Shown: positions 50,649-63,069, numbered from the whole stretch's first letter. The stretch: 63,794 nucleotides of DNA, filler included, from Octopus bimaculoides (GCF_001194135.2; 8 parts of 7 records of this genome joined end to end with filler, not necessarily neighbours in it), one strand, 5' to 3'. Notes: a model not told the origin generated them from the sequence alone. Made by a program: numbers and translations.

Positions 50649-51746
50649 GTGTGTGTGTATGTGTATTCTCATTCATATCTAAATAAACTTCAACACACAT
50701 ATTTAGATTCTTGTTTGAAGTCAATTGTCGAAGTTTAATCGATTCCATCAACCTCAGTATATTACTGGTATCTACATTCAAATACCAGTATGACGTTGGA
50801 AAGTAGCAATAACAATAAACACTATGTATTCTATTTAGAAAATTCATTTGAGTGAAAGACATATTCTACCTTCGTAAGATTTGAACTCGAAACCATGCTG
50901 TATCATGTCGGGCTTCTTACTATCTGCATGCATTTTACCGATACTACCATTGCGGAAAAAGGATTTCTTTTAGCAAAATACACGACCGTTTTAACAATGA
51001 CATAGTTACTGTGCCTGCCGCCGGGATAGCAATTGAGTTTATTGCCTGCTGGCCTTCAACCTTATACAGGATTAAACAGTAGACCTAAAAGTGCAGCCTC
51101 TATAAAAGCGTTGTCCGAGATGGACCGTCCAGTTATTTGCTACGCTATTTGCGTTTCAAGTCAAGAGACGAGAGAGAAGAGACGAAATTATCTCAATATC
51201 ATTGGCATGTTTCATCAATCTATCTTGAAAAGATGAATGAAAAAGTGAAACTCAGTGAGATTTTGAACCCATTGTTGCTGCGTATTCAGCTACATAGTCA
51301 CCGGTTCTGTACCATTTTTATCTCAGGTCTTACTCCGAATAAATAATCTATAGAAAGAAAAGAAAAAAAGAAAAGAAGCAACACAAAACAAAAATCAAAA
51401 GCAAAACGATAAAAAAATTACATCACCAAAGAAGTTTTTAGGTAAATAAATGATATATTGTTGATGTTTAGAAGCTCCAAGTCAGTTCTGACTGAGCAAA
51501 CCCATAGTTTAAGACTTCCCAGGTGTGGCCATGTCTGACGCATGGTTTGTGAGGAAACAGCAGGAATGATGAAAAGTCGGGAAACCAATGAATGAAGAAG
51601 GACTGACTGAACATATCTTGTTGTGTAGGAGCCGTTGTAGAAACTGTAAGGGCGGGGAGAAACAGGAAGAAGGGAAATCTTCACACAGTGGTTCGATCAG
51701 TAAGTAATTGCAGTAGGTTAATGTAGGGCGATGTGTTAGTTTAAAG

Positions 51747-51900
51747 TAGTGGTTCTCAACCAGAGCCCATATAAAATTTTGGGGGTCCACGCAAACAAAA
51801 TAGTAACTTGGGGGTCAACAGTATTATTTTAAGGGTTCATGAAACGATTTTACTTTAGATGTATTTATTGCAAGAAGCAGTTATGTTTCTTTCTCTTATG
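51747..51900 (+). mobile_element. hAT-type MITE left end
   Basis: TAGTGGTTCTCAACC terminus followed by gggggtcc motifs; right TIR not found. Confidence 0.5.
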
Positions 51901-52122
51901 CTTAACATAGTTAAACATTAGAAAATTACTATTTGTAAATCTCACAACGAGAGATATTCAGCGACAGTACTTTAGAGTAAAGATTATTTGCCAACATAAC
52001 ATGGTAGTCCTGGTTTTGGACGAATGTTGCTGTAATTTAGCCCCAGGAGATATCGTCTCCAGCTGGTTATACGACATGATCTGAACCTTATATTTTCGAA
52101 CAGGGGAATCTAGCACCCCCAC

Positions 52123-52167
52123 TCTGTGCTGATGAAGGGAAATCACCCGGAAATCGCGATACACAGA
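52123..52167 (+). ncRNA. Minimal type I hammerhead ribozyme motif
   Basis: TCTGTG-CTGATGA-A-GGG(AAATCA)CCC-G-GAA-ATCGCGAT-A-CACAGA. Confidence 0.65.
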
Positions 52168-52749
52168 TATTGTTTTGAGCTATTATTTTTAGCATAACGA
52201 GTTTTCTGGTGAGGGCTTCATTTGCCTTCATTGCTTGTTTGTTGCATCAGTAGAAATCTACGGATGCACAAACGCACATAACAGAGAAAATGAAACAAAT
52301 GTGTGATGACTTGTTCAGAAACATCCGCGAGTGGGGAACAGTTCTCAAAAATATTTATTTCATGTAAGCAAAATACAGCATTACAGATTACGTCATATGT
52401 TATGTAATTCTGATGCTCATCAGGCATAATTTTAAACAGAGTTTATGATCAACTTGTTGAGTAATTAATTTATTACCAATCAAGTAGAACAATAGTCAAA
52501 GTCACCGATAAGGAATGAAGTGGGCGTGTTAAGAAGCTGACAATCAAGAATATTACTGGGAATCAATTGGAATTGCAAATTACCCGACAACAGTGACTGG
52601 TCTTCATTGTTACTTTAAAAAAGATAATGAATTATTTTACTGTCTGCTGTGCTTGATTCTGTCTAATCAACCGACGGCGTACTATAGGTTGATATGTCTT
52701 GATTTTATATAACCGAGAATATATAGATATGTGTGTGTGTATGTGTGTG

Positions 52750-52787
<38 letters not shown>

Positions 52788-52879
52788 AAGAGAGNNNNNN
52801 NNNNAAGAGAGAGAAAGAGATAGAGAGAGAGAGAGAGAGAGAGCCCACTGTGAAATATGATTTTAAGGTAACAAATAAT

Positions 52880-53325
52880 TATTTCTAATTTTGAAATAAG
52901 GCCAGCAACTTTAAAGGGAGGAGGCAAGTCGATCACATCAAACCCAGTACTTGACTGGTAATTTATCTTTATATATCCCGAAAGGATGGAAGGCAAAGTT
53001 GACCGCTGCGGTATTTGAACCCAAAGCGTAAAGATCCGGAACAAATGTCACAAAGAATTTTGTCTAACTTGCTAACGATCTTACCAGCTCGCCGCCTACA
53101 GATATAAAATAACTTTTTACAATAGGGACAAGGCCTGAAAATTGGGGGAGGGAGCTAGTCGATTACATCGACCCCAGTGCGAAACTGGTACTAATTTCGT
53201 CGCTCTCGAAAAGATGAAAGCAAAGTCAACCTCGGCGGAATTTGAACTTAGAACGTGAAGACGGACGAAATGCCGGTAAGCATTTCGTCCGGCGTGCTAA
53301 CGATTCTGCCAGCTCATCGCCTTCA
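52880..53325 (-). mobile_element. Two tandem SINE B copies
   Basis: Reverse family consensus twice. Confidence 0.88.
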
Positions 53326-53387
53326 GGCATCAAATAATAAATTAAAACAAACAAACAAACAAAAAAAAAACGGGATCACAAACCGAA

Positions 53388-53938
53388 TTTTTATTTAACC
53401 AGGTTGGCCTACACAAAGAGGGGACGTTACAGAGACAGACAAGGGGTTGGGGGAACGAATGATTAATAACATGAAGTTAGGTATAGAGTTAAAAATAAAT
53501 GAAAAATATGAAAATCGAATGGATTAAAACAGAATGGAGTGAGGGACGCGGCCAACCCCACAAACCACGTACCAACACTGAAACTTGGGTTTTCCCTTTT
53601 GTTCTCACTCAAGTAGGTTCCTCCACGCTCAGCATGCTCGCAACAATCTTCCATCTTTTCTCGAATGCACTTTGTGACAAGCATCTCCTCTCAAGCCTTA
53701 TTTTCCTTCTCAGGTAGAAAAGGAAAAAGTTAACCAACTCAAAGCTGGAGATGACGATGCCCGTCACAATCCCTTTCACTCGCGTCTTCCATACCACCTC
53801 CTGCTCGATAGCCACCACACAGAGGAAACCAGCTTGCTCTTCCCTGTTCAGAGAAGTCGGCGGAACGATCTTAATTATAGACTCGGGTGACAGTTGTACT
53901 CTTCTCAGACGTGACAGCAGTTGCTTGACATAAAGCCA
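53388..53938 (-). mobile_element. L1/Tx1-clade LINE 3' end (ORF2 C-terminus + 3'UTR)
   Basis: VAIEQEVVWKTRVKG...FYLRRKIRLERRCLSQSAFEKRWKIVASML, similar to the C-terminus of the 13.2 kb copy; T-rich 3'UTR ending taaataaaaa. Confidence 0.8.
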
Positions 53939-53979
53939 TAGCTCTGTTCATTTGTTCTCACTTATTGTTTGCTAACATT

Positions 53980-54335
53980 GGTTTCAAATTTTGTCACAAG
54001 GCCAGTAATTTCAGGGGAGGAGTAAGCCAATTAAATCGACTAGTGCTCAACTGGTACTTACCGTATTTTAACGTGTATAAGGAACCCTCGTGTATAAGGA
54101 GCCCCCTAATTTGGAGATTTGAGGTTCGAGGAATTAAGTAATTTATTAATATCTGTAATACGATCCATGTATAAGAAACTCGAATATTTTTGACAAAAAA
54201 TGGGTTCCTTATACACAATAAAATACGGTATTTTATCGACTCCGAAAAGATGAAAGGCAAAGTCGATCTTGCCGAAATTTGAACTCCGAGCGTAAAAGCG
54301 GACGAAATGCCGCTAAGCAATTTGCTTGGCGTGCA
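53980..54335 (-). mobile_element. SINE family B interrupted by a MITE
   Basis: SINE halves flank 54061-54228. Confidence 0.85.
54061..54228. mobile_element. pogo/Tigger-type MITE with TA TSD
   Basis: TA-CCGTATTTTAACGTGTATAAGGAACCC ... GGGTTCCTTATACACAATAAAATACGG-TA. Confidence 0.9.
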
Positions 54336-54675
54336 TTTTGCCAGCTTGCAGCATTTTTTGTTTATTGATTTGGCCATTGTTTATTTGTTGAGCATTGAGG
54401 CTGATGTAATCGATTTACCTCTTGTGCATATTGTTAAGAATAACCTAAAAGCAAAAAGTGTTAGAAACTTCAAAATCCTTTACCTGTTTCTAAACAGATT
54501 CAGAAGCACGTTAAATAAATAAATAAATAATATAGGCGTAGGAGTGGCTGTGTGGCAAGTAGCGTTGCTTACCGAAAGGACATGTTTATTGTCACTCCGG
54601 CTTCACTTCGCTGAATGCCAGCGTCGTGAATTTTTGACGTACAACTACAGGTAAGACTTTTGTGTTTTTGGGGAT

Positions 54676-54976
54676 TTATATCTCTTTATTACCCACTAGG
54701 GGTCAAACATAAAAAGGGACAAAACATCTGATTGGGGTCAGATAACACGTATGGGGGTTACAAAAATATGAAACAATTAAAAATATAATAAAATCGAAAA
54801 TCGAATGTTTACAACAAACAACACACAAAACAATATAGACAGATGAAGTGGGGGACTGGGTTACGCTGCGACCCCACAAGCCCCATCCCACCACTGACAC
54901 TTTCGAAGACACCTATGGCGTATTCAATTGGACTTTTTCACTCGCAACTCTCGAGCAACATATTTCCATCTTGATT
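54676..54976 (-). mobile_element. Second L1/Tx1-like 3' end (last codons + 3'UTR)
   Basis: SRWKYVARELRV resembles KRWKIVASMLSV of the 53.4 kb copy; similar 3'UTR layout. Confidence 0.65.
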
Positions 54977-55547
54977 NNNNNNNNNNNNNNNNNNNNNNNN
55001 NNNNNNNNNNNNNNNNNNNNTTAATTAATTAANNNNNNNNNNNNNNNNNNNNNNNNNNNNNNNNNNNNNNNNNNNNATATATACATGTATGAATACATAT
55101 ATGTATATATGTATATATGAATACATATATTATATACGTACGCAAATAGAATAAACGAGGATTTAATGTATATTTGTGTATTGTGATGTCCAGACAGTTT
55201 ACATAATTTTCTAAATGTTATTTCAAGTTATACACACACACACACACACACACACAACTATAACATAAAGCTGACAGAGAGCGCGCGGTGTAGGAGAGAG
55301 GCGCAGATAGAATGACAGGCAGAAATAGAAGAGGAGAGAAAGGGAGATGTTGGAAGGGAATATTTGTATATCAGTGGGCGAGTGTGAGAATGAATAAGTA
55401 AATATTATTCTGTCCTATGAGAATGTTTATTATGTAGTGTATATTATATTTAGCGAAGATTAATGTATAATAAAACTACCTTTTAAATATTACTACATAA
55501 CGTTTTGAAATGTTGTACATACATACATACATACATACATACATACA

Positions 55548-55871
55548 TTGTTGTCGTGAAATTAACGTGCAAGTGGCTGAGCACTCCACAGACACGTGTA
55601 CCCTTAACGTAGTTCTCGGGGATATTCAGTGTGACACAGTGTGACAAGGCTGACCCTTTGAATTATAGGCACAACAGAAACAGGAAGTAAGAGTGAGAGA
55701 ATGTTGTGGTGAAAGAGTACAGCAGGGCTCTCCACCATCCCCTGCTGGAGCCTCGTGGAGCTTTAGGTGTTTTCGCTCAATAAACACTCACAACGCCCGG
55801 TCTGGGAATCGAACACGCGATCCTGTGACCGCGAGTCCGCTGCCCTAACCACTAGGCCATTGCGCCTCCAC
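55548..55871 (-). mobile_element. SINE family E, 3'-shortened
   Basis: Matches 44145-44536. Confidence 0.9.
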
Positions 55872-55882
55872 ACATACATACA

Positions 55883-55916
<34 letters not shown>

Positions 55917-58406
55917 CATACATACGTATATGAGAACTTACATTCTTGCATAGTTATATATTAATGCGCATATTCATAACATACTAAGATGACGTCCTCA
56001 GTAACTAAAGAGCAGGCGTAGAGGATAATTCAAAATGTGTGTTAGAACGTTTTACTCTTCTATGACGCTGACTTAACCCAGTCTAGATCCCCACCTGATA
56101 TTTTCTGATATTTTGTTCATAAGTTTATAATTGCTCAAACCAGAATAACGAGAAATCTTTGAAACAATCTTCGATTACACGTCGGTTATCATGGTTTACA
56201 TCGGCATAACCAATAGTAGAACATCAAAACCACTTACAAATATGCAAACTATCTAAGAACGCGTAATGATTCAACTAAATTCAGTCGACTTTACATTTAA
56301 GATAAGAATAATTCGTTGCTGCCAAAAGTTCTCAGAACAACAGGTAATCGGGAAAATATAGGGTGTAATAGATTAGTCGGACGAAATCCACCGAAATGAG
56401 AACAGCTCTATAGCTATCGACATTAGCAAACGGCAAACTGAGCTGCACCAAATATAACTGTCAAAGTTAGCAGTCCCAGATCAGGTTCTGTAATAACGGC
56501 CCATCTTCTGAAAATTCCATAGACGCCTTTTAAAAGTGCACGATATTGATTTCATCACATGAAATTGTCATTCGTTCTTCATATACTTCTACTTAAAAGC
56601 AAACCAACAAAGATGAGAGATGAACATCCTCAACGAAATAATAGTTTGCAATTATAGTTTAAGGAGAATTTTTCAAAATTCTTAGAAGTGTCTGTACAAC
56701 AGAGATTTTTAAGAGTGTTGGGAATAAAAACCTACTCTGATGTTAAATGACATACATAATATCGCTAGAAAACATGAACTTTAGTGCTAACATGCTTTTG
56801 ACTACCTATGCCTCACTTATAAAGTTGGAAGATATACGCAGTACATAGATGCTGAAATAGAAACAGGCAGCTTAAGCAGATAAGTTGAATGTGTTGCGGT
56901 GAAGATTCGGACTTCAAAACACTATTATAAGGTTAACATTTAACCTCAGTTTCACCACAAATCATCATTTCTTGAAAATAGCCTGATAAAATATGTAGAG
57001 ATACCATTGTCTTAATCCCGTTAGGAAAAGAAATATTTATGTATTATATGGTATAATCTGAGTATTTTAGAAACGCGTTATTGAAAACAAAATCCCCAAA
57101 CAGCCGAAAATGTATCTCTAAACCATAACATGTATCATAGGGTTGAAAAAAGAACAGAACCATGTTTCAAGAGGTAGAAAAAAGAAAAGACAAAATCAAA
57201 GTCGTTTTCAGAAATAAGTTACCACGCTTTAGATCTGAACTAAGAAAAATAACATTAACCTTAGTATACCAAGTCTAGATTCAGCCGGTAAGAGACACTG
57301 AACTGGCACGAGGGAACTCTTCGGTTTTGAATACAGAGCATAGGTTTTTAGCTAAATAAAAATATGTAGCTGTAATAAGTATGCTTGAGTTTGAAATCTG
57401 TTGTTTGTCATGTTAGTAACAGCAAACTTGATGTGAATGTGTGTGTATATATATATANNNNNNNNNNNNNNNNNNNNNNNNNNNNNNNNNNNNNNNNNNN
57501 NNNNNNNNNNNNNNNNNNNNNNNNNNNNNNNNNNNNNNNNNNNNNNNNNNNNNNNNNNNNNNNNNNNNNNNNNNNNNNNNNNNNNNNNNNNNNNNNAAAA
57601 TAAATAATATATAAATATATGCATATAACCATACATATATGTACATACCTACATCTATATGTATACATACATGCATATATGGGTACAGGACATAAAAAAA
57701 AACTTTAACACAATGATAAACGAAAACATAAAAACGAAAACAGAAAACGAACTTTTTTCTAACAACGAAAAAAACTGAGAAACGAGACATGCACCATAAA
57801 GAGTATACCCCTTCGTCAGTTGTCTCTGTTCCATCTGATCCGCGTTTCGAAGGCAAGGACAATACGCGACTTCGTTGGAAAAGTCTTTTTTCCGCAAAGC
57901 AAATTAAATAAAATTTGGAAATTTTTGCGGAGGGTGAAAGTGTTAATACGAACAGGACAGTGAGAACAAAACAGTGAGAACAGGACAGTGAGAACAAGAC
58001 AGTGAAAACAAACGGTGAGAGCTGTTGAGCCAAGATAGGAAAATTATTATGAACGCTATGTAGACGTGCCATGAGAGAAGAGACAGAAAAAACACGTCTT
58101 TTCTACAGGAAGGCAGTGGGCAGAAAGAAAGATCCCCTTTCGTCACGTGGCAGCGACGAGAGAGTCAAGGAGGAAGAGTGAGAGAGAGATGGAACGGTAA
58201 TAGGGAGAGAAGAATAGGGAAAGGGTGGGAGAGAAAAACGGAAATGATGAAGAACAAGTGAGGGAGAGAGATAGACACGGAAGAGATAGTAGAAAAGTGC
58301 GCATTGTAATTATTAAGATAAAACTTACTTGGAAAAGGATGCGTGGCGATCGATCATATAATAATATAAATGATATATAAATATATGCATATATCCATAC
58401 ATATAT

Positions 58407-58447
<41 letters not shown>

Positions 58448-58849
58448 NNNNNNNNNNNNNNNNNNNNNNNNNNNNNNNNNNNNNNNNNNNNTTAATTAAT
58501 TAANNNNNNNNNNNNNNNNNNNNNNNNNNNNNNNNNNNNNNNNNNNNGGTCAGCCACACTTAAGTGGCAATATACTACACTTTATCGTGCAGTTACTGTT
58601 AATACTTCATTTAGAGAATTAACATTGCTTATATATATATATATATATATAAATGTAAACGACTTTTTCAGTTTTCCCATGCGTCAAACTAATACACTTG
58701 CTTGTTGTTCATACACGTGTCTTCGCATTTTTTTTTTACTATAAATCCCAACTACGCGCGTGCGCGCAACAAAATAGCAAAGTGAAACACCTTGACAATT
58801 CAGCGACACGTCTTCACATGTGTACCCACATTCAATATTTAATGCAATT

Positions 58850-59065
58850 GAATTGGCAAGCTGGCAGAAACGTAAGCACGTTGGGACAGAATGCTTAGCG
58901 ACATTTCTACGTCAATACATTCTGAGTTCAAGTTCCGCCGAGGGCGACTTTGCTTTCATCCTTTCGAAATCGATAAAACAAGTACCAGTTTAACACTGGA
59001 GTCCATTCAATCAACTTAACCGCCTCCCATGAAATCGCTAGCCTTGTACCAAAATTTGAAACCAA
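58850..59065 (+). mobile_element. SINE family B
   Basis: Family consensus. Confidence 0.85.
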
Positions 59066-59165
59066 AATTTAATTCAATTTAAATTTCGAAGTTATCCTTT
59101 AATATTCAGAATTTATAATTACGTCATTATTATTTATCTCACCATTACAATTTTAAACAATTAAA

Positions 59166-59586
59166 AGGCAGCAGGCTGGCAGAAACGTTAGCACGCCGGA
59201 CGAAATGCTTTCCGGTATTTCGTCCGCCGCTGCGTTCTAAGTTCAAATTCCGCCGAGGTCGACTTTGCCTTTCATCCTTTTGGGTTCGATAAATTAAGTA
59301 CCAGTTATGCACTGGGGTCGATATAATCGACTTAATCCGTTTGTCTGTCCTTGTTTGTCCCCTCTGTGTGTAGCCCCTTGTGGGCAATAAAGTAATAAGA
59401 AACGTTAGCATGCCGAGCAAAATGCTTAGCAATATTTCATCTGTTTTTATGTTCTGAGTTCAAATTCTGCCTTTCATCCTTTCGGGCTCGATAAATTAAG
59501 TACCAGTTGCGTACTGGGGTCGATCTAATTGACTGGCTCCCTCCCCCAAAATTTCAGGCCATGTGCCTAGAGTAGAAGAGAATATT
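59166..59586 (+). mobile_element. Composite SINE (B + Tx1-like tail 59332-59399 + clipped B)
   Basis: Same architecture and junction as 9580-10008. Confidence 0.9.
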
Positions 59587-60096
59587 GAGAATTCATAATT
59601 ACGTCATTGTTATTTATCTTATCATTACAGCAGTAGTTTTAAATAATTAAATCTGTTTCATTATATGACATATGATATTACCGACGTAAATTCTTTCAGA
59701 TTTTTTTTCATTTGAGACTGTGAATCAGTGCCAGAAAACTGTCTGGATTACTAATACTAATTAGGAAGCTGGTCTATTTCTTTATGTTATTCAGACAGAA
59801 GCGTATTGAAAGCTCTCTATGTCTTCGAAGAACCCGAAATTTCAAAGAAACTGTATAGTTTAGACAGAGGGAGACAAACGAAAATAATATATTTAGAAAA
59901 TCAAGATAATAAGCTTTGCTTCTTGAAGTACAAAGCCTGACTGGTACTTGGTTGGGACAATATTCTACCGACTTCGAAACGATGAAAGGCAATATCAACC
60001 TCAGCAGAATTTAATCTCAAATCGTAAAACGAGAAGACATGCCGTCAAGCATTTGGCCCGGCGTGGGAATGATCCCACCTGTTTGCAGCCTTAGTA

Positions 60097-60131
<35 letters not shown>

Positions 60132-60372
60132 TATAATAATAATAATAATAATAATAATAATTACAATAATAATAATAATAATAATAATAATAATTACAAT
60201 AATAATAATAAATGCCCGGATGCAATACCAGGCAGTGGCTCTCATGGCTTCTGATTTTAATTGATTGGAAGTGTTATCATGTACAATGTTTTGTCTTGGA
60301 ATAAAAGATGGGCGACAGCAAATATTCTNNNNNNNNNNNNNNNNNNNNNNNNNNNNNNNNNNNNNNNNNNNN

Positions 60373-60403
<31 letters not shown>

Positions 60404-60484
60404 TATAATAATAATAATAATAATAATAATAATTACAATAATAATAATAATAATAATAATAATAATTACAATAATAATAATAAA

Positions 60485-61082
60485 TGCCCGGATGCAATAC
60501 CAGGCAGTGGCTCTCATGGCTTCTGATTTTAATTGATTGGAAGTGTTATCATGTACAATGTTTTGTCTTGGAATAAAAGATGGGCGACAGCAAATATTCT
60601 ACTTAATACAACAGATTTGCTTGTCAGTTGTTTGACCGTAACTAGTTGAGCATGTCCCTTAGTGGCTGACGATATGTACATCTCTGATCAGGAGCAGAAG
60701 TAGTGGGGGAGCATCATAGCTATGTGTTGAGAGGAATTCTTTGGGGTTTGAATAATTCACCTTTGGAAACATGGGTGTTTTGTTCATCATCCTTAAACAA
60801 ACCTTATTCAGGGACCATTTGAGTGGAATGGGCCACTCAACCTGAAGAAAATTTTAACTGGGTCCCACCTGCATGGTTATGTGCTGTTTATCTTGATATG
60901 AGATCACCATGTCGCGCACATATGGTTGTGATGCATGTGCTTGGTGTACCCTTATCAGACGGGTAGTCATGATGGGTATAATGGGCATGCACTCTTATCG
61001 GACAGGTAGTCATGATGGGTATGATGGGGTTCGTATATTTTACCCCAGTTTCACTTTGATGGCAAGGACTGCTCTCTCACTC

Positions 61083-61083
<1 letters not shown>
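60485..61083. mobile_element. Unclassified ~600-bp element flanked by (AAT)n on both sides
   Basis: Non-coding, GC-richer than surroundings, embedded in TAA arrays; internal ~45-bp tandem duplication at about 60950-61030. Confidence 0.5.
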
Positions 61084-61132
<49 letters not shown>

Positions 61133-61174
61133 TAATAATAATAATAATGATAGTAATAATGATAATAATAACAT

Positions 61175-61625
61175 ACCCCTTTACCTATTAGGTCAACACG
61201 ATAAGATCTACCAAAAACTGAGCAAGTATAAGGATCTTGAAATAGAAATTGTTGTCATAGGTGCCCTAGGAATGATAGCAAAAGCGGTTGATTGTTACCT
61301 GTCTCAGATACCAGGAAATCCAAAAATGGAAGAATTTTGAAAAATAGTTCTCTTGGGAACTGCTCATACCCTACGAAAAATATTGTCTATGTAATCCCCA
61401 AAACATTTTAATCTGTAATCATTATCAAAAATACTTTTAAATGTAGAAAATAGTAAACACCTTTTATTGTCGTCTTAACATCAGACTTTCTCTAGAATAA
61501 TACTTCGTGCAAAACCAAAAATATGGCACCCTAGGCGTAACACCAACATGAACTTCTAAGTTGTTGTCTCTTGAGGTGTCTGGATGAGACTTGAAGTCAA
61601 CTTGTACAAAACAAAAGCCAAATAT
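61175..61625 (+). mobile_element. R4/Dong-clade 3' fragment
   Basis: KLSKYKDLEIEI-VVIGALGMI...KIVLLGTAHTLRKILSM*, homologous to the 25.5-25.66 kb C-terminus. Confidence 0.8.
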
Positions 61626-61680
61626 ATAACAACAACAACAACAACGACGACGACAACAATAATAATAATAATAATAATAA

Positions 61681-61711
<31 letters not shown>

Positions 61712-61865
61712 AAGAAGAAGAAGAGGAAGGAGGAGGAGGAGGAGGAGAAGAAGAAGAAGAAAAAGAAGGAGGAGGAGGAGGAGGAGGAGAAGAAGAAGAA
61801 GGAGAAGAAGAAGAAGAACAACAACAATAACAACAGCAACAACAACAACAGCAATAATAATAATG

Positions 61866-61942
<77 letters not shown>
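61625..61942. repeat. Compound triplet array (AAC)(AAT)(AAG)(AGG)
   Basis: Direct reading. Confidence 0.95.
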
Positions 61943-62089
61943 CTAGACACCTATCTGAAAAACTTTNNNNNNNNNNNNNNNNNNNNNNNNNNNNNNNNNN
62001 NNNNNNNNNNTTAATTAATTAANNNNNNNNNNNNNNNNNNNNNNNNNNNNNNNNNNNNNNNNNNNNATATATATATATATATATATATA

Positions 62090-62588
62090 AAACGAATGGT
62101 TTACACCTGGTAGCTTACTGGTAAAGCAGTCACAGTGATCGTTATGTATATGACAAATGGAAGATGGAATGTACGAGAATCTATTATTAACCATGACAAT
62201 TATTCCAACACATCTAGAATCGATTCCGCGTGGGTGGAACACTTAACAACTGGTTCAGGAACATCCGGCAGTGCAGATGTATCTCGTTAGATTGCGTGTT
62301 CATTTCTCTTCTTGCTAGCTGTGATTTTATTTTTGATCCTCTATATAAATGAAGATATTTCCTCCGTCTGGCTGTTTTTCTTTCTACAAAACGGAAAGTT
62401 ACATTGCGGAACAGTTATTTGAATGAGTTGTATTTATTTATCACCTGATGAGATACATCTACCCCACTGGATGCTCCTGAACCAGTTATTGAGTGTCCCA
62501 CCCATGAGGAATCGATGCTAGTTGTGTCAGAATAATTGTCGTGATTAATAATAAATTCTCATATATCCCATCTTCCGTGTTTCATTTG

Positions 62589-62626
<38 letters not shown>

Positions 62627-63055
62627 TAAATCATATGGTATTCACCTGGTAGCTTACCATTAAAGCAGATTCACTTTCACAGTGTTCGTTGGGTATTTGA
62701 TTAATGAGAGAAACAGAAGATGGAAGATATGAGAATGTTTATTGATTTCAACAGTGTGTTCCTTTTTGCGTCTGATATTTATTATCACTGATCTTCTATA
62801 ATAATGAAGTTGTATCCCTTAATTTAATGCTTTTATATACACATACCAAGAAGAAAACTAGCAGAACAGACGTTATTTTAACGAGATACATCTTATAATC
62901 ACCTGAAGAGACACATCTACACTAGTGGATACTCCCAAACCAGCTCTTCAGCATCCCACCTGTGAGGGATTGATACTTGATGGATTGAAACAATTGTAGC
63001 TATCAATAAACATTCTCGTATCTTCCATCTTCAATCCTTGTCATTAATAAAATAT
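62090..63055. mobile_element. Two tandem palindromic Penelope-like elements with long-stem-II hammerhead motifs
   Basis: Units about 62090-62590 and 62630-63055 share a start (acctggtagcttac), middle and end (ccatcttcc...ttgtcat); inverted arms in unit 1. Confidence 0.7.
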
Positions 63056-63069
63056 ATATATATATAATA

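Noticed and set aside
52380-52430. Additional minus-strand hammerhead-like match (CUGAUGA-GCAUC-AGAA)
   Set aside because: One-bp stem II, a missing core A and mis-registered stem I; likely chance.
57950-58020. 14-bp tandem units resembling a CRISPR-like array
   Set aside because: No unique spacers; a minisatellite within a eukaryotic repeat.
60095-60599. Apparent ~230-bp tandem duplication
   Set aside because: Identical sequence either side of an N gap; most likely an assembly overlap.
61584-61950. Poly-Arg/Ile/Thr/Leu ORFs
   Set aside because: Translations of triplet microsatellites.
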